56,728 nucleotides of DNA from Bacteroidaceae bacterium (GTDB lineage: Bacteria; Bacteroidota; Bacteroidia; Bacteroidales; Bacteroidaceae): positions 1-56,728 of the forward strand of contig JAGPIY010000001.1 in assembly GCA_018054715.1 (NCBI GenBank). The letters are read 5' to 3'. This document shows positions 9,529 to 18,664 of this stretch, piece by piece. Numbering within the stretch: position 1 is the first letter of the stretch; each line of letters starts with the position of its first letter. The notes beneath the pieces were generated by a model. That model did no database searches and was not told where the DNA came from. It saw only the letters and a list, made by a program, of their open reading frames with translations. A program made the position numbers and the translations under genes.

Positions 9529-10718
9529 AATATTATTTGATAGTCGGAGAGGCCTCAGGTGATCTTCATGCATCTCATCTTATGGCTGCATTGCGTGAAA
9601 AAGATGAAGCTGCTCAGTTTCGTTTTTTTGGTGGAGACTTGATGGCGGAGGTAGCTGGACCGGAAAATCGTGTAAGGCATTATAAAGATTTGGCTTATAT
9701 GGGTTTTATTCCAGTTCTGTTGCATCTTCGCACCATACTTCGCACGATGAGCTTCTGTAAAAAGGATGTGCTCAATTGGCAACCTGATGTTCTTATATTA
9801 GTGGATTATCCCGGCTTCAACCTATCTGTTGCAAAATATATAAAATTGCATTCCAATATTCCGATTTTTTATTATATATCTCCGAAAATATGGGCTTGGA
9901 AAGAATATCGTATAAAATCGATTAAAGAAAATGTGGATGAACTTTTTTCAATACTTCCTTTTGAAGTGCCTTTTTTTGAAGAGAAACATCATTTTCCTAT
10001 TCATTATGTAGGAAATCCTACCGTGGATGAGGTGAGCGCATTTCAGAAAGTATATGCTGAAACAAAGGATGAATTTTGTGTGCGCTTGGGGCTTGATGAA
10101 CGGCCTATTCTAGCGCTATTAGCAGGAAGTAGAAAGCAGGAAATCAAAGATAATCTTAAAAGGATGCTTCTTGCTGCTGCAAATTTTCCACAGTATCAAT
10201 GCGTTTTAGCCGGAGCTCCTAGTATAACGAATGAAGAATACAATGTAATTCTTCGCGGATTGCTGAAGAAAGGTGTTTCTTTACAGCCCAAAGTCGTTTT
10301 TTTAGAAACTTATCCATTACTAAGCCATGCAGAGCTGGCACTTGTTACTTCGGGTACTGCAACCCTTGAGACAGCTCTTTTTAGAGTGCCTCAAGTAGTC
10401 TGCTATTATATTGCTGCCGGACGTTTTTTCTCTTTTTTGCGAAAGTTCCTTTTGAAGGTGAATTATATCTCTCTTGTAAATTTAGTACTTGGCCGAGAGG
10501 CTGTTTCGGAATTGGTTGCCGAAGAGATGACTGTAGAACGAATCCAGTCGGAACTTAAAAAGCTGCAACCGTCTCGTTTGGAACGAGCAAAGTTGCAGCT
10601 TGATTATGAAGAGATGGCTGATAGACTAGGGGAGCCTGGAGCTCCGGAGCATACAGCTAAATTGATGCTAGATAAGCTTAATCAAGTAAAGATAGCACAT
10701 TGCAGCGGGAATCGCTAA
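9525..10718 (+). CDS. lpxB: lipid-A-disaccharide synthase
   Basis: MKYYLIVGEASGDLHASHLM..., YISPKIWAWKEYR, SGTATLETALF. The GTG start overlaps the surE stop (GTGA). Confidence 0.9.
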   Translation: MKYYLIVGEASGDLHASHLMAALREKDEAAQFRFFGGDLMAEVAGPENRVRHYKDLAYMGFIPVLLHLRTILRTMSFCKKDVLNWQPDVLILVDYPGFNLSVAKYIKLHSNIPIFYYISPKIWAWKEYRIKSIKENVDELFSILPFEVPFFEEKHHFPIHYVGNPTVDEVSAFQKVYAETKDEFCVRLGLDERPILALLAGSRKQEIKDNLKRMLLAAANFPQYQCVLAGAPSITNEEYNVILRGLLKKGVSLQPKVVFLETYPLLSHAELALVTSGTATLETALFRVPQVVCYYIAAGRFFSFLRKFLLKVNYISLVNLVLGREAVSELVAEEMTVERIQSELKKLQPSRLERAKLQLDYEEMADRLGEPGAPEHTAKLMLDKLNQVKIAHCSGNR

Positions 10719-11525
10719 TAATGAGCTATCAAAACGATCAAGCATTCCACCATGGCCCGGAAGTATTTTCCCGGAATCTTTAATGCCAAGTTGACGTTTT
10801 AAGAAACTTTCTACTAAATCTCCCCAAGTGCCAAATACAGACACCACAAGGGCTAATCCTGTCCATTCTCCAGCGCTTAGGATGTTTGCTTGGGGAGCAT
10901 AGGAGATACTGAAGCCAGATGCAACAGCCACAACTAATCCGCCCCAGAATCCTTCCCATGATTTTTTGGGCGAGATACGTTCAAAAAGACGATGCTTGCC
11001 AAAAAGAGAACCGATGCAAAATGCACCTGTATCGTTCATCCACAAGAAAATAAAGATGCAAAGCGGAATAGAGTAATAATAAGTTGTTGTTCCTGTTTCC
11101 GGATTAAACAATAGTGAAAGCGGGCTTAATAAAGCAAAAGGTAATGCAATATAAAGTTGCGAAAGCATTGCATAAGCCCAGTTGCCAATAGGATCGGGTT
11201 GCTTTAGATAGAGCTCACGGACTAATATTCCCATTAATAAAATAAGATATGGTACAAATATCTCAGCTCCTTGTGCTCCTCTTCCATAAAAAGTAAAAGC
11301 GATGAAGAGATATAGGCTTGCAGTCATTAGAACGAATGGTTGCAAACGTACCTCGTTTTTAGAGCTCGTTGTGATTATTGAACAGAACTCTCGTGTGCAT
11401 AGTGCTGTTATTAAGGCAAATAAAACAAAGAAGCTGGTTGCTCCCCACACAATTGCTGCAGCAAGAACAATAACAAAAAAAAGTCCGGTTAATGCTCGAG
11501 GTGCAAAATCATTTAGTGCTCTCAT
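10668..11525 (-). CDS. cdsA: phosphatidate cytidylyltransferase
   Basis: Multi-pass membrane protein with the C-terminal CdsA signature SFLKRQLGIKDSGKILPGHGGMLDRFDS. Start placed at ATG 11525 (MRALNDF...) rather than the track start 11588, which lies deep inside ftsH. Confidence 0.85.
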   Translation of the reverse strand: MRALNDFAPRALTGLFFVIVLAAAIVWGATSFFVLFALITALCTREFCSIITTSSKNEVRLQPFVLMTASLYLFIAFTFYGRGAQGAEIFVPYLILLMGILVRELYLKQPDPIGNWAYAMLSQLYIALPFALLSPLSLLFNPETGTTTYYYSIPLCIFIFLWMNDTGAFCIGSLFGKHRLFERISPKKSWEGFWGGLVVAVASGFSISYAPQANILSAGEWTGLALVVSVFGTWGDLVESFLKRQLGIKDSGKILPGHGGMLDRFDSSLLAIPAAMCYLYLIKLI

Positions 11526-13539
11526 TTGTTTCTGTGATTTCAGATTCTGTATTTTCTTCTGCCGTTGGTTCGGAAAGTGATTTAGCAAGTACTGCTGCTT
11601 CTTCTGCCGTTTCAGTTTCTTCTAGGATGTCTTCTAAGCGTGAACTCCAAGGACGTTTCCCAAATAAGCGTTCCACATCTTCAGCAAAGATTACTTCATT
11701 CTTTATTAGTAAATCGGCTAGCGCGTTATGTTTTTCTTTCTTTTCTGTAAGAAGTTGTTTCGCACGATTGTATTGTTCAGCAATAATACGTTTAGCCTCC
11801 TCATCAATTAATTCAGCCGTACGTTCACTATAAGGACGATTGAATGAATATGGGTCTGCATTATAATAGCATAGATTGGGGAGCTTTTCACTCATACCCA
11901 TGTAAGCAATCATGCCATATACTGTTTTAGTAACACGTTCTAAGTCATTCATTGCACCTGAAGAGATGCGCCCGATGAATAATTCTTCGGCAGCACGTCC
12001 TCCCAATGTAGCACAAATTTCATCAAGCATTTGCTCGTAAGTTGTAATTTGGCGTTCTTCTGGTAAATACCAAGCAGCACCGAGTGCTTGCCCACGTGGC
12101 ACGATGGTGACTTTAATAAGCGGATTTGCATGTTCTAATAACCAAGAAACGGATGCGTGCCCAGCTTCGTGTATGGCTATTGAGCGGCGTTCCTCTTTAG
12201 TCATTACTTTAGTTTTCTTCTCAAGTCCTCCAATAATGCGGTCTACTGCGTCCAAGAAATCTTGTTTTTCTACTTTCTTTTTGCCGTGGCGTGCAGCGAT
12301 AAGAGCAGCTTCATTACATACGTTTGCAATATCAGCTCCAGAGAATCCGGGAGTTTGGCGTGCTAGAAGGTCAATGTCGACAGTCTCATCTATTTTTATA
12401 GGCTTAAGATGTACTTGGAATATTTCTTTGCGTTCGTTCAAGTCGGGTAGGTCTACGCTGATTTGTCGATCGAAGCGTCCTGCACGCAGGAGTGCCTTGT
12501 CGAGAATGTCTACACGGTTAGTAGCCGCTAATACGATAATACCGCTATTAGTACCAAAACCATCCATCTCTGTAAGAAGTTGGTTTAGTGTGTTTTCGCG
12601 TTCATCGTTTCCACCCATTGAAGGATTCTTTCCACGAGCTCGTCCAACAGCATCTACTTCATCAATAAAAATGATGCAAGGCGATTTTTCTTTAGCTTGT
12701 TTAAATAAGTCGCGTACGCGTGAAGCACCCACACCCACGAACATCTCTACGAAATCAGAACCCGAAAGAGAGAAGAAGGGAACGTCTGCTTCTCCGGCTA
12801 CTGCTTTTGCTAACAACGTTTTACCTGTTCCGGGAGGGCCTACAAGGAGTGCTCCTTTGGGGATCTTTCCGCCTAATTCGGTGTATTTTTGAGGTTGTTT
12901 TAGGAATTCAACAATTTCCTCAACCTCTTGTTTTGCTTCTGCTAGTCCGGCTACATCTTTAAACGTAACTTTTACTTGCTGCTTGTCTCCTTTGTCGAAC
13001 AGTTGTGCACGACTTTTACCGACGTTGAAAATTCCACTACCACCGCCCATGGCACCTCCACCACTCATGCGTCGCATGAAGAATAACCAAACTCCGATAA
13101 TAAGAGCAATAGGTAATAGTTGCCATAGTAAATTGCTAAAGAAGTTACTACGTTCGTCATATTCTTCTTTTCCTCTGAAATGACCTACGCTACGCTCTTT
13201 TTCTAAAAAAGTATTTACACTTTCGTTACTTGGTACACGAGTGGTCATGATGGGTTCACGTCCTGCTTTATTTGCATTCTCTTTGAATACTGCTTTTACG
13301 TAAGCCGGAGCAATATACAGGTCGAGTGTGTTATCGGTAAACGTAACCACGCGTGTTACATAGCCTTTACTTACGTATGTTTGGAATTCATTGTAGCTGA
13401 TTTGCTTATTGATGCTTCCTCCTCCATTGTTGAAGTACAGAATTAACAATAAGCCGCCAATGAATAAATAGAGCCAACTTAACTTGAAGCCCTTTGGGGG
13501 CGACTGGTTGGGGAGTTTAGGGTTGTTATTTGCTTCCAA
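11509..13539 (-). CDS. ftsH: ATP-dependent zinc metalloprotease FtsH
   Basis: AAA Walker [14 protein letters not shown], Walker [13 protein letters not shown] region, zinc motif HEAGHA. Acidic C-terminal tail. Confidence 0.95.
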   Translation of the reverse strand: MEANNNPKLPNQSPPKGFKLSWLYLFIGGLLLILYFNNGGGSINKQISYNEFQTYVSKGYVTRVVTFTDNTLDLYIAPAYVKAVFKENANKAGREPIMTTRVPSNESVNTFLEKERSVGHFRGKEEYDERSNFFSNLLWQLLPIALIIGVWLFFMRRMSGGGAMGGGSGIFNVGKSRAQLFDKGDKQQVKVTFKDVAGLAEAKQEVEEIVEFLKQPQKYTELGGKIPKGALLVGPPGTGKTLLAKAVAGEADVPFFSLSGSDFVEMFVGVGASRVRDLFKQAKEKSPCIIFIDEVDAVGRARGKNPSMGGNDERENTLNQLLTEMDGFGTNSGIIVLAATNRVDILDKALLRAGRFDRQISVDLPDLNERKEIFQVHLKPIKIDETVDIDLLARQTPGFSGADIANVCNEAALIAARHGKKKVEKQDFLDAVDRIIGGLEKKTKVMTKEERRSIAIHEAGHASVSWLLEHANPLIKVTIVPRGQALGAAWYLPEERQITTYEQMLDEICATLGGRAAEELFIGRISSGAMNDLERVTKTVYGMIAYMGMSEKLPNLCYYNADPYSFNRPYSERTAELIDEEAKRIIAEQYNRAKQLLTEKKEKHNALADLLIKNEVIFAEDVERLFGKRPWSSRLEDILEETETAEEAAVLAKSLSEPTAEENTESEITETNESTK

Positions 13540-13569
13540 TTTATTTGCGGTATAATAAAATAGATAAAT

Positions 13570-13929
13570 TTAGTCGATATCTGCTCGTTTTTCTAGTTTA
13601 GCATCTTCCCATAGATGTTCTAAATCGTAGTGTTCGCGAGCTTCGGGTAGGAATATATGCACAATGATGTCGCTATAGTCCATAGCAACCCATTCGCCTA
13701 CTTGTTGTCCGTCAATAGCGGATGGCTTCTCTCCGGTTTTTTTGCGCACGTATTCACGTATTTCATCTGTGATAGCGGATACATGGCTAGGCGAATTGCC
13801 TTGGCAAATTACAAGATATTGGCAAATCGTGTCGTGAATTTTACGGAGATCCGCTAACACAATTCCTTTACCTTTTTTCTCTTGTATACCTTCAATGATG
13901 GTTTCTGCTAATTCTTTTGTTTCGTTCAT
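13570..13929 (-). CDS. rsfS: ribosome silencing factor RsfS (iojap family)
   Basis: 119 aa with ...LVICQGNSPSHVSAITDEI...WVAMDYSDIIVHIF....YDLEHLW. Confidence 0.88.
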   Translation of the reverse strand: MNETKELAETIIEGIQEKKGKGIVLADLRKIHDTICQYLVICQGNSPSHVSAITDEIREYVRKKTGEKPSAIDGQQVGEWVAMDYSDIIVHIFLPEAREHYDLEHLWEDAKLEKRADID

Positions 13930-13947
13930 ATCTTTCTTTTTCAGCTA

Positions 13948-13955
13948 CAAAGATA
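13948..13955 (-). promoter_or_regulatory. candidate -7 box (TAtcTTTG on minus strand) for rsfS-ftsH-cdsA
   Basis: Plus strand CAAAGATA, 19 nt upstream of the rsfS ATG. Confidence 0.45.
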
Positions 13956-14060
13956 CGTTATTTTCTATTACCCACACTATTCTGTGAGGTTTTTTTTATG
14001 GTTTTTGCACTTTTTTCGAAAAAAAACTTAGCTTTTCTTTTGTGTTTTCCAAAAAAACTG

Positions 14061-14068
14061 TACCTTTG
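14061..14068 (+). promoter_or_regulatory. candidate -7 box TAccTTTG for tRNA-Gln
   Basis: GTACCTTTG lies 22 nt upstream of the tRNA 5' end. Confidence 0.5.
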
Positions 14069-14090
14069 TCGGCGCAAAAGAAAAGTGCAT

Positions 14091-14161
14091 TGGGCTATGG
14101 TGTAATGGTAACACAGCAGATTCTGGTCCTGTCGTTCCCAGTTCGAATCTGGGTAGCCCAA
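14091..14161 (+). tRNA. tRNA-Gln (anticodon CTG)
   Basis: Hand-folded cloverleaf. Acceptor TGGGCTA/TAGCCCA, D arm GTGT..ACAC, anticodon loop TTCTGGT (CTG), 4-nt variable loop, T arm CCCAG-TTCGAAT-CTGGG. Aligns arm by arm with E. coli tRNA-Gln. CCA is not encoded. Confidence 0.9.
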
Positions 14162-14162
14162 C

Positions 14163-14209
14163 AAAGAGGTTTTTCTCGTTATGATGAACGAAGAAGGATC
14201 TCTTTTTTT
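14163..14209 (+). terminator. Rho-independent terminator of tRNA-Gln
   Basis: Long imperfect hairpin 14163-14205 (aaagagg...ctcttt outer stem, cgtt/aacg inner stem), followed by a T-run that extends to 14209. Confidence 0.6.
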
Positions 14210-14334
14210 AATATTTTAACAGGTAAAAAGCAGCCTAAAATGTGTAGCTGAGCTTTGAAGAGGTCTATTTTCCGAATAGAAAAGGAGAAAAATGTTCTCC
14301 GTCAAATTAAAATTCTTGCGGATGAATTTTAAAA

Positions 14335-14370
14335 AGATGCTTATGTTTCTTTAAGGAGATGCTTATGTTT
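14335..14370. repeat. perfect 14-nt direct repeat AGATGCTTATGTTT x2
   Basis: Copies at 14335-14348 and 14357-14370, seen directly in the sequence. Confidence 0.8.
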
Positions 14371-14474
14371 TGTTCGATAGATGCTGAACTTTTTATAGTA
14401 AGATGCAATACTTTTTGGTGCCTTAATTGGAGCTTTTTTTCAGAAAATGCTGCTTTATTCTGTGTTGTAAGCTG

Positions 14475-14482
14475 TAATTTTG
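14475..14482 (+). promoter_or_regulatory. candidate -7 box TAatTTTG inside the coding-free gap
   Basis: GTAATTTTGC matches the extended box G-TAnnTTTG-C used upstream of genes in this window. No gene follows it. Confidence 0.3.
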
Positions 14483-14608
14483 CTTATTTTCTTATAAAAA
14501 AGATTTTGCGAGAATATCTTTCAACCTTTCAGCTTTGTTGTAATTGCCTGATATACAAAAGATAAAGGCTGAAAGATCGTTTCTAGGTCTTTCAGGAAAT
14601 CTTAAGCC

Positions 14609-14662
14609 CTGTTTCCTGAGAAAATAAACATTTTTGTGGTCTGTTTCTGAGAATTGATAAAC
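14609..14662. repeat. imperfect ~21-nt direct repeat CTGTTTC(C)TGAGAA..ATAAAC x2
   Basis: 14609-14629 ctgtttcctgagaaaataaac and 14641-14662 ctgtttctgagaattgataaac. Confidence 0.7.
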
Positions 14663-14724
14663 TCTCTTTCAAAAGGCCGTATTTTGATATAGATTAGATC
14701 AATCGCGAACTGTGTTCCTAGATA

Positions 14725-14776
14725 AAACAAAAAGCATGAACTTGCTAATTTAACAAGTTCATGCTTTTTGTTTTTT
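14725..14776. terminator. bidirectional Rho-independent terminator (pruA on minus strand, possible plus-strand transcript)
   Basis: Perfect 11-bp stem gcatgaacttg (14734-14744) / caagttcatgc (14754-14764). Flanked by an A-run at 14725-14733 and a T-run at 14765-14776. Confidence 0.8.
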
Positions 14777-14789
14777 ATAATTCTATCCT

Positions 14790-16421
14790 TTATTTCTCGT
14801 TCAAGAAAGGATATCCATAGGTAGTTGGCGCAACCAAAGTCTCCTTAATACAACGTGGGTTTGTCCATCTGATAAGGTTAAGCGGGCCACCTGCTTTGTC
14901 GTTTGTGCCTGAAGCACGTGAGCCACCGAAAGGCTGTTGAGCAATTACCGCACCGGTTGGTTTGTCGTTGATGTAGAAGTTTCCGGCTGCATAACGTAGT
15001 TTCTCTTGAGCCATTTCAATCGCATAACGATCGGTAGACCAGATAGAACCTGTAAGTGCATATGGAGAAGTCTGATCGCAAATATCAAGTGTCTCTTCGT
15101 ATTTAGCATCTTCGTAAACGTAGATTGTAATTACCGGACCAAAGATCTCTTCTTCCATTGTTTTGAATTTTGGATCAGTAGTCAAAATAACGGTAGGTTG
15201 TACAAAATAACCAACGCTCTTATCTCCTTCGCCACCGAAAACAATTTCAGCGTCTTTTGAAGCTTTTGCGTAATTGATGTACGACATGATGTTATCGAAA
15301 GAAGCTTCATCAATTACCGCATTGATAAAGTTGGTGAAGTCCGTAGGATCGCCCATTTTGATTGTTGCAAGTTGAGCACCAACCTCTTCTTTTACTTTAT
15401 TCCAAAGTGAAACAGGGAGATAGGCACGTGAACCGGCTGAACATTTCTGACCTTGATATTCAAAGGCACCGCGTACAATCGCAGTAGCAACTTCTGTAGC
15501 AGGAGCTGAAGGGTGAACGAAAATAAAGTTCTTACCACCAGTTTCACCAACAATGCGAGGATAAGACTTGTAGGTAGACAAATTCTCACCAATTTGGCGC
15601 CATAGTGAGTTGAATGTTGCAGTTGAACCAGTGAAGTGTAAACCAGCGAAGTCAGGACTGTTGGTAATTACTTTACCGATTAGGCTACCTTTACCGGGGA
15701 TGAAGTTTACTACTCCGTCGGGCAAACCGGCTTCCTTAAATACCTTCATTAGGAGGTAGTTTGAGTGGATTGCTGTAGTAGAAGGTTTCCAAACACATAC
15801 GTTACCCATCATTGCAGGAGCCATGTTTAGGTTCGATGCGATAGAGGTGAAGTTGAAAGGAGTTAGTGAGAAGATAAATCCTTCTAAAGAACGGTAGTCC
15901 ATACGGTTAAGTATGCCGGTTTCTGAATAAGGCTGATCAGCGTATACTTGACTTGCATAGAAAGTGCTAAAGCGTAGGAAGTCGATTAGTTCGCAAGGAG
16001 CGTCGATTTCTGCTTGGAAAGGGCTCTTGCTTTGTCCTAGCATTACACTGGCATTCAACAAGTAGCGGTATTTAGTAGCTAGCAATTCGGCGATACGCAA
16101 CATAACGCTTGCACGTTCTGTCCAAGGAAGTTCACTCCATTGTTTGTGTGCAGCCATAGCTGCATCGATAGCCATTTGTACTGTTTTCTCATCAGCCTTA
16201 TGGTAGCGGGCAATAACATGCTTGTGGTCGTGAGGCATTACTACTTCACCGATATCGCCGGTGCGAACTTCTTTACCTCCTACGATACAGGGAATATCCC
16301 AAACCTCGTTTGATAATTGCGCAATGGCTTTCTTTAATGCTGCTTTTTCTGGTGAGCCTGGAGCATACGATTTAACGGGCTCATTGATAGGCTTCGGAAA
16401 AGAAAAAATTTGATTATTCAT
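14790..16421 (-). CDS. pruA: L-glutamate gamma-semialdehyde (1-pyrroline-5-carboxylate) dehydrogenase
   Basis: 543-aa aldehyde dehydrogenase fold (FTGSTATF, VGETGGKNF, EYQGQKCSA, EEIFGPV) with the PruA-type N-terminus. Confidence 0.85.
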   Translation of the reverse strand: MNNQIFSFPKPINEPVKSYAPGSPEKAALKKAIAQLSNEVWDIPCIVGGKEVRTGDIGEVVMPHDHKHVIARYHKADEKTVQMAIDAAMAAHKQWSELPWTERASVMLRIAELLATKYRYLLNASVMLGQSKSPFQAEIDAPCELIDFLRFSTFYASQVYADQPYSETGILNRMDYRSLEGFIFSLTPFNFTSIASNLNMAPAMMGNVCVWKPSTTAIHSNYLLMKVFKEAGLPDGVVNFIPGKGSLIGKVITNSPDFAGLHFTGSTATFNSLWRQIGENLSTYKSYPRIVGETGGKNFIFVHPSAPATEVATAIVRGAFEYQGQKCSAGSRAYLPVSLWNKVKEEVGAQLATIKMGDPTDFTNFINAVIDEASFDNIMSYINYAKASKDAEIVFGGEGDKSVGYFVQPTVILTTDPKFKTMEEEIFGPVITIYVYEDAKYEETLDICDQTSPYALTGSIWSTDRYAIEMAQEKLRYAAGNFYINDKPTGAVIAQQPFGGSRASGTNDKAGGPLNLIRWTNPRCIKETLVAPTTYGYPFLNEK

Positions 16422-16466
16422 ACTTATATAATTTAATATCTAAATTTCGTGTTTTTTATCCGGCAG

Positions 16467-16474
16467 CAAAAGTA
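16467..16474 (-). promoter_or_regulatory. candidate -7 box (TActTTTG on minus strand) for pruA
   Basis: Minus strand reads GTACTTTTGCTGCCG, close to the boxes at 18656 and 31472. Confidence 0.45.
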
Positions 16475-16612
16475 CTACTTATTTTATTTTTATGCAATAA
16501 ATTAGCGGTAAAAAAAAGAAGAATTTTCATAATGATTGATGATTTTGTGGGAAAACTTTCAAGAAGTCTTTCAATTTGCAAGTAAAAAGCCTCTTATATT
16601 TCCATATTTTTG

Positions 16613-16620
16613 TATCTTTG
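16613..16620 (+). promoter_or_regulatory. candidate -7 box TAtcTTTG for the S8 peptidase gene
   Basis: GTATCTTTG lies 24 nt upstream of the GTG start at 16644. Confidence 0.45.
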
Positions 16621-16643
16621 TCCGCTATAAAAACATATAGATA

Positions 16644-18539
16644 GTGAAGGCAAGAACATTATTATACTTTTTTTTATTCTCCTTTTTAATAGGGGCAGGG
16701 CAGGCTCGGGTTTTGCATCCTCGCTTTAAAGCGAGGACGCCATCTTGTTCGAAGGCAGTACTGTTGATGGACTCTGCTCGTCAATCAGGACGAGTTGATT
16801 TAGCTACCGCATTCTTGCCCCAGGGAGAAGTCCCTTTCCGTGGAAAAGGGGTTATTGTTGGAATCGTAGATGTAGGTTTCGATCTGCTACATCCTGCTTT
16901 TTTTACCGCAGATGGCACTTCTCGTGTGCTTCGCTTTTGGGATCAAAATCGTAAGGAAGGAACAGGTACTGCTCGTTTTTCTTATGGTGAGGAGTTTGTA
17001 GGAACGGAAAATATTCTTTCAGCTGAAAGAGATTCTGCCGAAGGTTCGCATGGTACGCATGTAAGTGCTATTGCTGCGGGTAGTCGTACCGGATCTCCTT
17101 ATTATGGAGTGGCTTCAGATGCAGATTTGGTGCTTGTCTCTACATCTTTAGAGGAGAAAGATATTTTGGATGGTGTATGCTATATTGCAGATTATGCACG
17201 GTTGGTAAATAAACCTTGCGTGATAAATTTGAGCATTGGTGGACGTTTGGGGCCGCATGACGGCACTAGCGCTTTTGATCGTGCAATCGATTCGTTGGTC
17301 GGGCCTGGCGTTTTGGTGGTAGGTGCTGCAGGAAATGATGCGAATGGAAAACATCATGCAACACGAACCTTTGTTCTTCCAGCTGATACTTTGCAGTTGC
17401 GAGCTACTTCGAGTGAAGGATTCTGCTATGTAGATATTTGGGGAGAAAAAGGGCACGACTTTCGCGTACGTGCTACTTTAAAGAACTCATTGACTGGAGA
17501 AACGTTGTTTGAGCAGTCCCAATTAATAGATGCTGCATCGGATACTTCCTATGAAGATACTTTAAGTTTAGGTAAAGATGGTTTTGCGGGCGTTTATGTA
17601 GAACGCGATAGTTTTAATAGTCGTCCTCATGCTACGGTGGCTTGCTATGTGCCTCAAACAGAGAATCGTTTGCGCTATTTTATTCAAGTTGTGGGTGATC
17701 TTTCTACTCCAGTACATGCTTGGGTTGCCGGAGGTGGCTATTTTGATGATCTGGGTGATGGAAGTCTCACATCAGATCGTACGGTGATGGAGATTGGAGG
17801 CACCGGCCGTAGTACTATTACCGTCGGGATGCATGTCACTAAAAAGGTCACGACTTATAAAACAACTACTTATTCGCTCTATGATTTAAATCCGGATACC
17901 AGTCGTGGTCCTACATTGGATGGGCGTCGGAAACCTGATGTCTCTGCTCCGGGAAGTTTAGTTGTTTCTGCTGTGTCACGTTTTGATGCAATGTCGAGTG
18001 CAGCTGCACTCGATACGATCTCTCGTGAAGGAACAGATTTCTTTTATGCTTGTAATCAAGGTACCTCTATGGCTGCTCCTTTTGTGACAGGAGTAATTGC
18101 TTTGTGGCTGCAAGCTAATCCGGAACTTACTGTAAATGAAGTTCGAGAAGTCTTGAATGTCACTTCTTGGCAAGATGTTCGGGTAAATATGAGTGATAGT
18201 AATGCTTGGGGGGCTGGCAAAATTGATGCACTAGCGGGATTACAATATGTGTGGTCGCATTTTCCTAACTCAATTGAGACTATTGGGGCGAATTCTTCGA
18301 TAGTGGAACTCTATTCTTCTCTTCATCCAATTCTTCTGTTTTTGCAATCGGCTTCTCAGGTTTCTATTGTGGCATATCGTGCGGATGGAGTTAAGTTGGG
18401 AGAGCATCATTTAAAGGATACAGAACGTGGTGATGAAATAAAAATAGAAGAAATATTCCCTTTTATACAGGGCTTTGTTATCCTACAGATACTCACACCT
18501 CAGAACTCCCAGAGCTTAAAATTGTTTAATATACACTAA
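16644..18539 (+). CDS. S8-family (subtilisin-like) serine peptidase with T9SS C-terminal sorting domain
   Basis: Signal peptide. Catalytic triad contexts GIVDVGFD, GSHGTHVSAIAAG, GTSMAAPFVTG. The last ~75 aa (VSIVAYRADGVKLGE...GFVILQILTPQNSQSLKLF) look like a Por/T9SS CTD. Confidence 0.85.
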   Translation: MKARTLLYFFLFSFLIGAGQARVLHPRFKARTPSCSKAVLLMDSARQSGRVDLATAFLPQGEVPFRGKGVIVGIVDVGFDLLHPAFFTADGTSRVLRFWDQNRKEGTGTARFSYGEEFVGTENILSAERDSAEGSHGTHVSAIAAGSRTGSPYYGVASDADLVLVSTSLEEKDILDGVCYIADYARLVNKPCVINLSIGGRLGPHDGTSAFDRAIDSLVGPGVLVVGAAGNDANGKHHATRTFVLPADTLQLRATSSEGFCYVDIWGEKGHDFRVRATLKNSLTGETLFEQSQLIDAASDTSYEDTLSLGKDGFAGVYVERDSFNSRPHATVACYVPQTENRLRYFIQVVGDLSTPVHAWVAGGGYFDDLGDGSLTSDRTVMEIGGTGRSTITVGMHVTKKVTTYKTTTYSLYDLNPDTSRGPTLDGRRKPDVSAPGSLVVSAVSRFDAMSSAAALDTISREGTDFFYACNQGTSMAAPFVTGVIALWLQANPELTVNEVREVLNVTSWQDVRVNMSDSNAWGAGKIDALAGLQYVWSHFPNSIETIGANSSIVELYSSLHPILLFLQSASQVSIVAYRADGVKLGEHHLKDTERGDEIKIEEIFPFIQGFVILQILTPQNSQSLKLFNIH

Positions 18540-18656
18540 ATGAGATATTTATCACTTATGTATCCAAAAATGTGTTATAAAACACTTTTTTGATTTTATT
18601 CTTTGTTTTTTTTGGTTTTTTTGAGAGGAGATGTTGTGTTTTCCATTTGCTTTTAG

Positions 18657-18664
18657 TACATTTG
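18657..18664 (+). promoter_or_regulatory. candidate -7 box TAcaTTTG for the LamG/GH43-like and FAS1 gene pair
   Basis: GTACATTTGCAGCCCG is 15 of 16 identical to the rpsL box at 31472-31487. Lies ~90 nt upstream of the ATG at 18755. Confidence 0.45.

Larger units (their letters stand above)
14489..14776 (+). ncRNA. hypothetical orphan small RNA (promoter-to-terminator inference only)
   Basis: Lies between the candidate promoter (14475) and the plus-strand T-run of the hairpin at 14734-14776. I see no ATG until 14736, inside the terminator stem. Dense in mutually exclusive hairpins and short repeats. No family recognised. Confidence 0.2.

Noticed and set aside
12104-12892. A 262-aa ORF on the plus strand, antisense to ftsH. 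Similar shorter ORFs lie at 11492-11833, 12720-12962 and 12983-13183.
   Set aside because: The sequence is Ser/Arg/Pro-rich low-complexity with no recognisable motif, and it is wholly embedded opposite a highly conserved gene. This is a typical shadow ORF.
14284-14300. The hairpin ggagaa-aaatg-ttctcc resembles the core of the terminator at 22862-22875 (ggagaa-tg-ttctcc), hinting at a dispersed repeat family.
   Set aside because: There are only two copies. The shared part is about 16 nt of simple palindrome, and the flanks are unrelated. This is compatible with chance.
14359-14565. A 68-aa Cys/Phe-rich ORF (MLMFCSIDAELFIVRCNTFWCLNW...) in the tRNA-Gln/pruA gap. It is preceded by AAGGAG and sits in a 14-nt repeat.
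   Set aside because: The composition simply reflects T-rich DNA, and there is no family resemblance. A candidate promoter box lies inside it, and Bacteroidota rarely rely on Shine-Dalgarno sites. I treat the region as non-coding.
14162-14790. tRNA-Gln 3' flank as an integration site for a mobile element or a remnant island.
   Set aside because: There is no duplicated copy of the tRNA 3' end (att-like repeat), and no integrase, transposase or phage-like ORF anywhere nearby.
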